Part shown: positions 1 through 10,382 of the stretch, piece after piece
How the letters are laid out: each line of letters begins with the position of its first letter
How positions within the stretch are numbered: position 1 is the stretch's first letter
NCBI GenBank assembly: GCA_964035545.1
Contig: OZ037766.1
Location: forward strand, 18,687,081-18,751,080
Reading direction: 5' to 3'
Length of the DNA: 64,000 nucleotides
Origin: Bugula neritina
Taxonomy: Eukaryota; Animalia; Bryozoa
Made by a program: the position numbers and the translations under genes
The notes under the pieces: generated by a model
What the model was told of the DNA's origin: nothing
What the model saw: the letters and a program-made list of their open reading frames with translations, nothing else
Databases searched by the model: none

Positions 1-470
1 TCAGTATGTTGCAGTGTTTTGCAGTATTTTGCAGTATATTTCAGTGTGTTACAGTATATTTCATTATGTTGCAGTATGTTGCAGTATATTTCAGTAGTTT
101 GCAACATATTTCAGTAGGTTACCATATATTTCGGTATGTTGCAGCATATTTCAAGGTGTTGCAGTGTATTTCAATATGTTACAGTGTATTTCAGTATGTT
201 GCAGTATGTTCCATTATGCTGCAGTGTATTTCTGTATGTTACAGTGTATTTCAGTATGTTGCAGTACATTTCAGCATGTTACAGTATATTTCAGTATGTT
301 GCAGTATCTTTCAGTGGGTTATAGCATATTTCAGTATGATACAGCGTATTTCAGTATGTTACAGTGTACTTCAGTATGTTGCAGTATTTTGCAATATATT
401 TCAGTATGTTACAGTGTATTTCAGTATGTTGCAGTATATTTCAGTATGTTACAATAAATTTCAGTATGTT
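1..470. repeat. 10-bp satellite array (CAGTATRTTN), segment before the LINE
   Basis: Tandem tcagtatgtt/gcagtatatt/acagtgtatt monomers in strict 10-bp register; matches 8485-8954. Confidence 0.97.
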
Positions 471-553
471 TGTTTGTTTGTTTGTTTGGTTTATTTCATC
501 AAAGGTATTTAATAACACAAGGACATTAGAAAATGCCAAGGAGGCGATGATGA

Positions 554-592
554 GGCCCATTGCGCTATAGCCTAGCTAGTCATGCGCGGGCC
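554..592 (-). promoter_or_regulatory. Putative 3' UTR stem-loop of the LINE
   Basis: GGCCC(554-558)/GGGCC(588-592), GCGC(562-565)/GCGC(584-587) and inner TAGC(568-571)/GCTA(575-578), in a GC-rich island about 60 nt from the tail. Confidence 0.55.
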
Positions 593-641
593 AACACGAG
601 CTGACAGCGACTCTATCCAGAAAAATACAAAAAAAATACAA

Positions 642-2633
642 CTATTCTAACAGATAAAGCCTCAACTTCCTCCCAAATTCATTAGGGTTGCTAATTGACC
701 GTAAAGGGATTGGCAGTTCATTCCATAGTGCCACCTCCTGATAACAGTTTCTTCTGTGACCTGCTGCTGTTTGAGAGTGAGGAAGGGGGAGATTTATGAA
801 TGATTGACGTGTATTGATAGAGTGAGTGGGAAAAAAATTGTCAGAGTAGAAAAAAGAATGAGCTTTCTTTAACACTTTAAAACGGTAAATCTGGTATATT
901 GAGAGAACTTTATGCTTAGTAAATAGAGGCGCTGATGGATGGTCAAACGGTTTTTTGTTCATGATACGCATTACCTTTTTTTGAAAAATAAAAATCTTGT
1001 TTAGATGGGTATTAGCTGCATTTCCCCAGGCCTCTGCACAATAATTTAACTTGGAATTGATGAAAGAATTATATATCAAAAGTAAAATTTTTTGAGGGAG
1101 ATATTCAGAACATCGGTATATTAATCCACTAAGTGGTCGTAATTTTGTAAGTAGGTTTGAGATGTGCAAGCTCCAATTTAAATTTTTATCTATTTGTACA
1201 CCTAGAAAAGTTATGCTGTTAGAGTAATTTATAGGTCTTTTATTTAATAATATACAGTTTTCTAGAATTTGAAAAGGATTTTGGTAGTTTTTTAAAACAA
1301 TATAGTTGCATTTTTCATAGTTTATAGTGAGTTTGTTTTTATTGCACCAAATTGACAGAGAGTTTAGATCTTGATTTATAGCTTCCAAATGGGAGTTCAA
1401 ATCTTTTGATTCAAAAAATAAATTAGTGTCGTCGGCATAGAAAATGGGATTAAAAAGTTTAAATTGTTGAGCAAGATCGTTTATATATATCAAAAATAAG
1501 GTAGGGCCCAAGACAGATCCCTGGGGAACCCCACAGGTCACTGATCGTGAACTTGATAAGGTTGCATTTACTAGTGTGGAATGACTTCGGTTTGATAGGT
1601 AGTTAGCAACCCATGACACTGTGGATTCACTAAAACCAAGTTTTCTCATTTTTGCAAGTAAAATATTGTGATTTATAGTGTCAAAAGCCTTACTAAAATC
1701 TATAAAAATTCCGAGAACGCAATTTCCATTGTTAAAAGCTTCGAGCGTATTATTTTTAAATTTAACAACAGCATCTGCAGTACTTAAATTTTTTCGAAAG
1801 CCATATTGATTCTTAGAAATCAAATTTTTAGATTCTAAAAAGTTTAAAATTTGATTGTTAACAATTTTTTCAAGTATTTTACTAAAAATGGGGAGGATTG
1901 AAATAGGGCGGTAGTTTTCACATCTGTCATGAGAACCTTTTTTGTAGAATGGTAATATTTTAGCAGTTTTAATTTGCGCTGGAACAATTTTTTCTTCTAT
2001 GCTTTTGTTAAATAAATAGGCAAGTGGTGTAGATAGTGAAATTTTGCAAAATTTGATAAGTTTAGTCGGGATATTGTCTAAACCTATAGCTTTCTTGGAA
2101 TCTAGTTTTTCAATGATCTCAATTATTTGAGATTCATCAGTTTTTTTTAAATGAAATTCTTCTTTAGTAATATTTGTCAGCATTGAGTAGGTATCGGAGT
2201 TCGAATTTGTAAAATTTGAAGCTAGTTTTTGGGCTATTGTTGAAAAATACAGATTGAAATTGTTAGCTATATCCATATTGCTATCTAGCATGGTTTCAGA
2301 GTCCTCAACCGAATACAGTTTTGATGAAAAGCATCTTTTGTTTAGTTTGGCTTTCCCTGTTTGTTCATTTATAAGTACCCAAAGCTGCGAACTGTTACAA
2401 TTGCTAATAAAAGCTTTAAAATAATCATATTTAGCGGTTCTCAGATCAGCATTCAAATTATTTCTAAAAGCATTATATCTTTTTAAAATCTTTTTATTCA
2501 GGGGTGCTTTTTTCACTCGTTTGTGAAGTGCATATTTCTTTTTGATTTGAGTTAAAAGATGTTCAGTAATCCATGGTTTTTGTGCAAACTTTTTAGAAGG
2601 CCTATTGTTTTCAATAGTCTGTGAACAACTTTC
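642..2633 (-). CDS. LINE ORF2 reverse transcriptase, N-terminally truncated (endonuclease domain missing)
   Basis: ORF track 642..2516 (624 aa) has NYRPISILPIFSKILEK, QYGFR, FIDFSKAFDTINH, GVPQGSVLGPTLFLIYINDL, YADD, FLGV and C-terminal LWNELP. Manual translation shows the frame stays open upstream of the GTG at 2516 (..KKFAQKPWITEHLLTQIKKKYALHKR) to the 5' junction, so the GTG is not a true start. Confidence 0.93.
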   Translation of the reverse strand, partial: ESCSQTIENNRPSKKFAQKPWITEHLLTQIKKKYALHKRVKKAPLNKKILKRYNAFRNNLNADLRTAKYDYFKAFISNCNSSQLWVLINEQTGKAKLNKRCFSSKLYSVEDSETMLDSNMDIANNFNLYFSTIAQKLASNFTNSNSDTYSMLTNITKEEFHLKKTDESQIIEIIEKLDSKKAIGLDNIPTKLIKFCKISLSTPLAYLFNKSIEEKIVPAQIKTAKILPFYKKGSHDRCENYRPISILPIFSKILEKIVNNQILNFLESKNLISKNQYGFRKNLSTADAVVKFKNNTLEAFNNGNCVLGIFIDFSKAFDTINHNILLAKMRKLGFSESTVSWVANYLSNRSHSTLVNATLSSSRSVTCGVPQGSVLGPTLFLIYINDLAQQFKLFNPIFYADDTNLFFESKDLNSHLEAINQDLNSLSIWCNKNKLTINYEKCNYIVLKNYQNPFQILENCILLNKRPINYSNSITFLGVQIDKNLNWSLHISNLLTKLRPLSGLIYRCSEYLPQKILLLIYNSFINSKLNYCAEAWGNAANTHLNKIFIFQKKVMRIMNKKPFDHPSAPLFTKHKVLSIYQIYRFKVLKKAHSFFYSDNFFPTHSINTRQSFINLPLPHSQTAAGHRRNCYQEVALWNELPIPLRSISNPNEFGRKLRLYLLE

Positions 2634-2635
2634 AA

Positions 2636-4068
2636 ATGTTACAGTACATTTCCGTAAGTTACACTATACTTCACGTAGTTGTAGTATATTTCAGTATCTT
2701 GCAGTATATCTCAGTATGTTACAGCATATTTCATTGTGTTGCAGTGTATTTCAATATGTTACAGTGTATTTCAGTATGTTGCAGTATGTTGCAGTATGCT
2801 GCAGTATGTTGCAGTGTATTTCTGTATTTTACAGTGTATTTCAGTATGTTGCAGTATATTTCAGCATGTTACAGTATATTTCAGTATGTTGCAGTATATT
2901 TCAGTGGGTTATAGTATATTTCAGTATGATACAGCGTATTTCGGTATGTGACAGTGTATGTCAGTATGTTGCAGTATTTTGCAATGCATTTCAGTATGTT
3001 ACAGTGTATTTTAGTATGTTGCAGTATATTTCAGTATTTTACAATAAATTTCAGTATATTACAGTACATTTCCGTAACTTACACTATACTTCAGTGAGTT
3101 GTAGTATATTTCAGTATCTTGCAGTATATCTCAGAATGTTACAGTATATTTCAGTATGTTACAGTATGTTTCAGTGTGTTACAGTATGTTGCAGTATATT
3201 TCAGTAGTTTGCAACATATTTCAGTAGGTTACCATATATTTCGGTATGTTGCAGCATATTTCAATGTGTTGCAGTGTATTTCAATATGTTACAGTGTATT
3301 TCAGTATGTTGCAGTATGTTGCAGTATGATGCAGCATGTTGCAGTGTATTTCTGTATGTTACAGTGTAATTCAGAATGTTGCAGTATATTTCAGTTTGTT
3401 ACAGTAAATTTCAGTATGTTACAGTGCATTTGCAGATATTACACTATACTTCAGTGAGTTTTAGTGTCTTTCATTATGTTGCAGTATATTTCAGTATGTT
3501 GCAGTATTTTGCAATACATTTTATTACGTTACAGTGTATTTCAGTATGTTGCAGTATATTTCAGTTTGATACAATAAATTTCAGTATGTTACAGTACATT
3601 TCCGTAAATTACACTATACTTCAGTGAGTTGTAGTATATTTCAGTATCTTGCAGTATATCTCAGTATGTTATAGTATATTTCAGTATGTTGCAGTATATT
3701 TCAGCGTGTTTGAATATATTTCAGTATGACACAGTGCATTTCCAGATATTACGCTATACTTCAGTGAGTTTTAGTGTCTTTCAGTATGTTGCAGTATATT
3801 TCGGTATTTTGCAACATATTTCAATATGTTGCAATGTATTTCAATATGTTACAGTGTATTACAGTATGTTGCAGTATGTTGCAATGTATTTCAGTATGTT
3901 ACAGTGTATTTCAGTAGGTTTCAGTATCTTGCAGTATATTTCAGCATGTTGCAGTATATTTCAGGATGTTGCAGTATATTTCAGTATGTTACAGTGTTTT
4001 GCAGTATTTTGCAGTATATTTCAGTGTGTTACAGTATATTTCATTATGTTGCAGTATGTTGCAGTATA
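2636..4068. repeat. 10-bp satellite array
   Basis: Continues the sequence interrupted at 470; matches 8950-10382. Confidence 0.97.
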
Positions 4069-4966
4069 CACAGTTGGTTTAAGGTCATTACTTTCCACAT
4101 TCAGGCACTGCTTTATGTTATATATAAACGGTTTCCAGGGGATAGCTCGAACAGTTTTTGTCTCACATTAACAAATTTTACATGAAAAGATAGCTCTTGC
4201 ATTCCTCTTTCATATACTTTTTTAATTTTTCGATAAAAACTTTTTTGAGAAAGTTGTTGCATAATAAGTAAAATTTTACACCCCCCATGTTCCACTGCTG
4301 TAGCACAGGGGATTCATTTGATAAAGTCTAAAAGTTAAACTTGACATTCCTTGATATGTTTTCTCTAATATACTTTCTTTGTTTTTTGAAATTCTGTTTA
4401 TGCTCTTCACAATTTGGTAAAAACATACACCATTTTGCAAGTTTCACTGCAATTTTCTAAATTCTTCATATGGTGGTTCTAGCTACGCTCCTGTGACTAA
4501 TTATAACATTCCTAGTACGTTTGCCGCTCTGCGCTATCACAATAACATATAGTACCCTCTCGCACAAATTGGCAGTCTATTGGATTTCTGCCAATATAAT
4601 GTTCCCTGTTTTACATTAGCACTTAGCTGAATCATCTCACTATGTTACAATAATATATTGAAAATGCCTCAGCACAACATAATTCTTTGTTTGTTTGGCA
4701 GAGTTAATTTCAGCTAAATCACTTCACTTTGCAGTCTTGTCAGTAAAGGTCTGTCTATAGAGCAGCAGGTGTACTTTCAGTTTCTCTAATTCACATATGA
4801 TTATTTTAAGTACATTGTATTCTATAAGATCAATTTAAGGTTTAGTCCAGTGTTCAGTATCTAATTATTATGCATGTATGTTGTCTTACTGTTGAACAAA
4901 AGTTAAAAAAAACTTTACAATTATAGCCATATTTATTATACATGCGTAGGATTTGCATAAGTTGAC

Positions 4967-5046
4967 AAAAAAATTGCGACAAAACAGGGTTGAACCATAA
5001 CCAACCAACTCCTCGCTGACGCCTCTAACCTCTAGACCACGCAGTC
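4967..5046 (-). ncRNA. tRNA-derived Pol III-like cassette inside element A (degenerate, not a functional tRNA)
   Basis: Minus strand GACTGCG-TGGTCTAGAGG (A box)-TTAGAGGCGTCAGCGAGGAGTTGGTTGGTTAT-GGTTCAACCC (B box)-TGTTTTGTCGCAA-TTTTTTT; tRNA-like box spacing; poor cloverleaf. Confidence 0.5.
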
Positions 5047-6017
5047 ATCGTTAATAAGACCGCACTATATGAGTAACTATCATTACATAAATATTTCGCC
5101 GCAAAAGGGTTATAATTATTAGGCTGTCAATTCATGTTGATAGCAGTCAACTGTTGCAATAGTCTCGGGTTACTAGCAAAGCTAATGGTTTTGAACAAAT
5201 AACCCAAAAGTTTAAAAATAAGTAGCTTGCGTATTACTAGCTACAAAAACAGGTCTGAAATAGACTGGTAAAGCAAGCTCTTATTGTAGAGTTTGCAGAT
5301 GTGCTCTAAAATAAAACTTAAACTGTATGGTATTACATAAGTATTTGTATGCGAGAGATAAATGGACATTACTGAGTTTCTGGAAAACAACATACTTGAA
5401 GTTAACTTTGACAATGGTGTGTTATTTTCATCATACACTAGCACAGATAGGGCCTATAGCATAAATCTCTAATCATATGAATCTTTATGAAGCCCACAGC
5501 TAATGTAAGGGTGGCAAATGTAATTTGAAACTAAAAATTATGTTGCTGCATTTTGTCTAAGGCATATTAGAGAGCAGAATTTGGTTTTACTAGCCTGCCC
5601 CAACGGCATTCTACAATGCAGCTTATATGCTGGCAGTTGTAATAAGTACTGCCAATAGCAAGGTTACTATCACTGCTAGCTCTGTGCAGTATGTAACCTC
5701 TTGAATAATTGCGCCAATTTTAAACTCTTGGAAGTTGGCCAAGTTATCATCTCGCAGCCAGCCACCGGAGACAAAGCATCAGAGCTATTCATATAATATT
5801 ATACTGATGCACTTGGTAGCAGAGTGGCTAATCTAATATAGTTCAAAGTTCAACACCCTTTACTTTGGGAATACAGCCTCTTTTTTTAGGTTTACCTTAC
5901 AAAGCATGAAAATATCTAAACTGATATTCTGATAATTTAGAGGTACATTTTGAAAACTAGGTTAATTGCACTTGTTTGCACAACAACAATAATAAATTAG
6001 ATATTATGCAGGATAAT

Positions 6018-6075
6018 AAAAACACACATAATACTATATAATATATTATAATGATAATAATATAATATTATAAGT
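6018..6075. repeat. AT-rich degenerate (ATA/TAA)n low-complexity tract in element A
   Basis: ..cataatactatataatatattataatgataataatataatattataag; also at +6314 and +12328. Confidence 0.5.
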
Positions 6076-6640
6076 ACCATTACTGCATTTTATAAATTAC
6101 ATGGTTGCCAAAAAAATGTATCACAAATTTTGTAATTATACATCAAAAATAGAACTAGCTAGGCAGCAGGTTAGAATAGAGTAAATTTTTAAAACATGAA
6201 ATCATGATTTGACTATTGTTTTATTTAGGCCAACCAACCTAGGAATACAAGATTGGGTTTTAGCTGACAGTTTATAACATTTAGCTTTTGAGCCAGCAGC
6301 ACTGGCACTTGTGAAGTATAGGCAAAGTTAGTGAAGCGAGACTAACAAGCACTCAAATACAAGGCATATTGAGACACAATAACAAGTCAGGAGCGTATAA
6401 ATTGAAAATAATGTGGAAGGGGGACTATGTTTTTCAACAAGCTATAACTTAAACATGAATTGGCTTTTGAAAAAAATAAAAAAGTATATTGGAGAACATA
6501 AGTTTCTTTATCTTTTTATATTTTTTTTGTTCCTGTGACATTCAACCTGTTCGAGCTATCAGTGGAACATTGTTCATATAGAACATAAAGCACCTGGCAA
6601 AGAGCCAGAAAATGAAAAGTATGACCTTAAACCAACTGTG

Positions 6641-9600
6641 TATCTCAGTAGTTTGCAACATATTTCAGTAGGTTACCATATATTTCGGTATGTTGCAGCA
6701 TATTTCAAGGTGTTGCAGTGTATTTCAATATGTTACAGTGTATTTCAGTATGTTGCAGTATGTTCCATTATGCTGCAGTGTATTTCTGTATGTTACAGTG
6801 TATTTCAGTATGTTGCAGTACATTTCAGCATGTTACAGTATATTTCAGTATGTTGCAGTATCTTTCAGTGGGTTATAGCATATTTCAGTATGATACAGCG
6901 TATTTCAGTATGTTACAGTGTACTTCAGTATGTTGCAGTATTTTGCAATATATTTCAGTATGTTACAGTGTATTTCAGTATGTTGCAGTATATTTCAGTA
7001 TGTTACAATAAATTTCAGTATGTTACAGTACATTTCCGTAAGTTACACTATACTTCAGGTAGTTGTAGTATATTTCAGTATCTTGCAGTATATCTCAGTA
7101 TGTTACAGCATATTTCATTGTGTTGCAGTGTATTTCAATATGTTACAGTGTATTTCAGTATGTTGCAGTATGTTGCAGTATGCTGCAGTATGTTGCAGTG
7201 TATTTCTGTATTTTACAGTGTATTTCAGTATGTTGCAGTATATTTCAGCATGTTACAGTATATTTCAGTATGTTGCAGTATATTTCAGTGGGTTATAGTA
7301 TATTTCAGTATGATACAGCGTATTTCGGTATGTGACAGTGTATGTCAGTATGTTGCAGTATTTTGCAATGCATTTCAGTATGTTACAGTGTATTTTAGTA
7401 TGTTGCAGTATATTTCAGTATTTTACAATAAATTTCAGTATATTACAGTACATTTCCGTAACTTACACTATACTTCAGTGAGTTGTAGTATATTTCAGTA
7501 TCTTGCAGTATATCTCAGAATGTTACAGTATATTTCAGTATGTTACAGTATGTTTCAGTGTGTTACAGTATGTTGCAGTATATTTCAGTAGTTTGCAACA
7601 TATTTCAGTAGGTTACCATATATTTCGGTATGTTGCAGCATATTTCAATGTGTTGCAGTGTATTTCAATATGTTACAGTGTATTTCAGTATGTTGCAGTA
7701 TTTTGCAATATATATCAGTATGTTACACTGTATTTCAGTATGTTGCAGTATATTTCAGTATGTTACAATAAATTTCAGTATGTTACAGTATATTTCCGTA
7801 AATTACACTATACTTCAGTGAGTTGTAGTATATTTCAGTATCTTGCAGTATATCTCAGTATGTTACAGTATATTTCAGAATGTTACAGTATATTTCAGTT
7901 TGTTACAGTAAATTTCAGTATGTTACAGTGCATTTGCAGATATTACACTATACTTCAGTGAGTTTTAGTGTCTTTCATTATGTTGCAGTATATTTCAGTA
8001 TGTTGCAGTATTTTGCAATACATTTTATTACGTTACAGTGTATTTCAGTATGTTGCAGTATATTTCAGTTTGATACAATAAATTTCAGTATGTTACAGTA
8101 CATTTCCGTAAATTACACTATACTTCAGTGAGTTGTAGTATATTTCAGTATCTTGCAGTATATCTCAGTATGTTATAGTATATTTCAGTATGTTGCAGTA
8201 TATTTCAGCGTGTTTGAATATATTTCAGTATGACACAGTGCATTTCCAGATATTACGCTATACTTCAGTGAGTTTTAGTGTCTTTCAGTATGTTGCAGTA
8301 TATTTCGGTATTTTGCAACATATTTCAATATGTTGCAATGTATTTCAATATGTTACAGTGTATTACAGTATGTTGCAGTATGTTGCAATGTATTTCAGTA
8401 TGTTACAGTGTATTTCAGTAGGTTTCAGTATCTTGGAGTATATTTCAGCATGTTGCAGTATATTTCAGGATGTTGCAGTATATATCAGTATGTTGCAGTG
8501 TTTTGCAGTATTTTGCAGTATATTTCAGTGTGTTACAGTATATTTCATTATGTTGCAGTATGTTGCAGTATATTTCAGTAGTTTGCAACATATTTCAGTA
8601 GGTTACCATATATTTCGGTATGTTGCAGCATATTTCAAGGTGTTGCAGTGTATTTCAATATGTTACAGTGTATTTCAGTATGTTGCAGTATGTTCCATTA
8701 TGCTGCAGTGTATTTCTGTATGTTACAGTGTATTTCAGTATGTTGCAGTACATTTCAGCATGTTACAGTATATTTCAGTATGTTGCAGTATCTTTCAGTG
8801 GGTTATAGCATATTTCAGTATGATACAGCGTATTTCAGTATGTTACAGTGTACTTCAGTATGTTGCAGTATTTTGCAATATATTTCAGTATGTTACAGTG
8901 TATTTCAGTATGTTGCAGTATATTTCAGTATGTTACAATAAATTTCAGTATGTTACAGTACATTTCCGTAAGTTACACTATACTTCACGTAGTTGTAGTA
9001 TATTTCAGTATCTTGCAGTATATCTCAGTATGTTACAGCATATTTCATTGTGTTGCAGTGTATTTCAATATGTTACAGTGTATTTCAGTATGTTGCAGTA
9101 TGTTGCAGTATGCTGCAGTATGTTGCAGTGTATTTCTGTATTTTACAGTGTATTTCAGTATGTTGCAGTATATTTCAGCATGTTACAGTATATTTCAGTA
9201 TGTTGCAGTATATTTCAGTGGGTTATAGTATATTTCAGTATGATACAGCGTATTTCGGTATGTGACAGTGTATGTCAGTATGTTGCAGTATTTTGCAATG
9301 CATTTCAGTATGTTACAGTGTATTTTAGTATGTTGCAGTATATTTCAGTATTTTACAATAAATTTCAGTATATTACAGTACATTTCCGTAACTTACACTA
9401 TACTTCAGTGAGTTGTAGTATATTTCAGTATCTTGCAGTATATCTCAGAATGTTACAGTATATTTCAGTATGTTACAGTATGTTTCAGTGTGTTACAGTA
9501 TGTTGCAGTATATTTCAGTAGTTTGCAACATATTTCAGTAGGTTACCATATATTTCGGTATGTTGCAGCATATTTCAATGTGTTGCAGTGTATTTCAATA

Positions 9601-10382
9601 TGTTACAGTGTATTTCAGTATGTTGCAGTATGTTGCAGTATGATGCAGCATGTTGCAGTGTATTTCTGTATGTTACAGTGTAATTCAGAATGTTGCAGTA
9701 TATTTCAGTTTGTTACAGTAAATTTCAGTATGTTACAGTGCATTTGCAGATATTACACTATACTTCAGTGAGTTTTAGTGTCTTTCATTATGTTGCAGTA
9801 TATTTCAGTATGTTGCAGTATTTTGCAATACATTTTATTACGTTACAGTGTATTTCAGTATGTTGCAGTATATTTCAGTTTGATACAATAAATTTCAGTA
9901 TGTTACAGTACATTTCCGTAAATTACACTATACTTCAGTGAGTTGTAGTATATTTCAGTATCTTGCAGTATATCTCAGTATGTTATAGTATATTTCAGTA
10001 TGTTGCAGTATATTTCAGCGTGTTTGAATATATTTCAGTATGACACAGTGCATTTCCAGATATTACGCTATACTTCAGTGAGTTTTAGTGTCTTTCAGTA
10101 TGTTGCAGTATATTTCGGTATTTTGCAACATATTTCAATATGTTGCAATGTATTTCAATATGTTACAGTGTATTACAGTATGTTGCAGTATGTTGCAATG
10201 TATTTCAGTATGTTACAGTGTATTTCAGTAGGTTTCAGTATCTTGCAGTATATTTCAGCATGTTGCAGTATATTTCAGGATGTTGCAGTATATTTCAGTA
10301 TGTTACAGTGTTTTGCAGTATTTTGCAGTATATTTCAGTGTGTTACAGTATATTTCATTATGTTGCAGTATGTTGCAGTATA
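6641..10382. repeat. 10-bp satellite: one 1930-bp plus one 1810-bp higher-order unit
   Basis: Identical translated blocks at 6690 and 8620 (offset 1930); 1930+1810+2574=6314. Confidence 0.95.

Larger units (their letters stand above)
471..2635 (-). mobile_element. 5'-truncated non-LTR retrotransposon (LINE, CR1/L2 group, possibly Crack/Daphne-like)
   Basis: RT ORF, short 3' UTR, AATAAA (tttatt 490-495) followed by an (AAAC)n tail (tgtt x5, 467-486); ATGTT duplicated at 466-470 and 2636-2640; empty sites at 8945-8964 and 14959-14978. Clade is inferred from motifs only. Confidence 0.93.
4069..6640. mobile_element. Non-autonomous TIR DNA transposon, element A copy 1 (2572 bp; CMC/EnSpm-like termini)
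   Basis: 20-bp perfect TIR CACAGTTGGTTTAAGGTCAT / ATGACCTTAAACCAACTGTG, degenerate inverted similarity over ~230 bp, TA on both sides (4067-4068, 6641-6642), no long ORF. Superfamily inferred from CAC..GTG ends and a 2-bp TSD. Confidence 0.9.

Noticed and set aside
466-2640. The LINE insertion adds exactly 2170 bp and preserves the 10-bp phase
   Set aside because: One-in-ten coincidence; elements A (+2574) and B (+758) break the phase
4069-4075. CACAGTT resembles the RAG RSS heptamer / Transib end CACAGTG
   Set aside because: The TSD is 2 bp rather than 5 bp, no nonamer is evident, and element B has CACAGGA
4067-4077. Tc1/mariner assignment from the TA duplication and CAGTTG
   Set aside because: The inverted repeat starts at CACAG, two bases outside CAGTTG, and the related element B duplicated TT
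4967-5046. Functional tRNA gene
   Set aside because: Acceptor, anticodon and T stems pair poorly; kept only as a tRNA-derived cassette
4113-5444. Short ORFs in element A (60 and 67 aa, and their copies) and the 98-aa ORF 51236..51532 in element B
   Set aside because: No transposase or other recognisable motifs; they overlap TIR/subterminal sequence and have lengths expected by chance
4636-5700. Short satellite-like words inside element A (tatgttacaataa, tgcagtatgtaac) suggesting the satellite derives from the element
   Set aside because: Isolated matches of about 10-13 bp in AT-rich DNA, not tandem; compatible with chance
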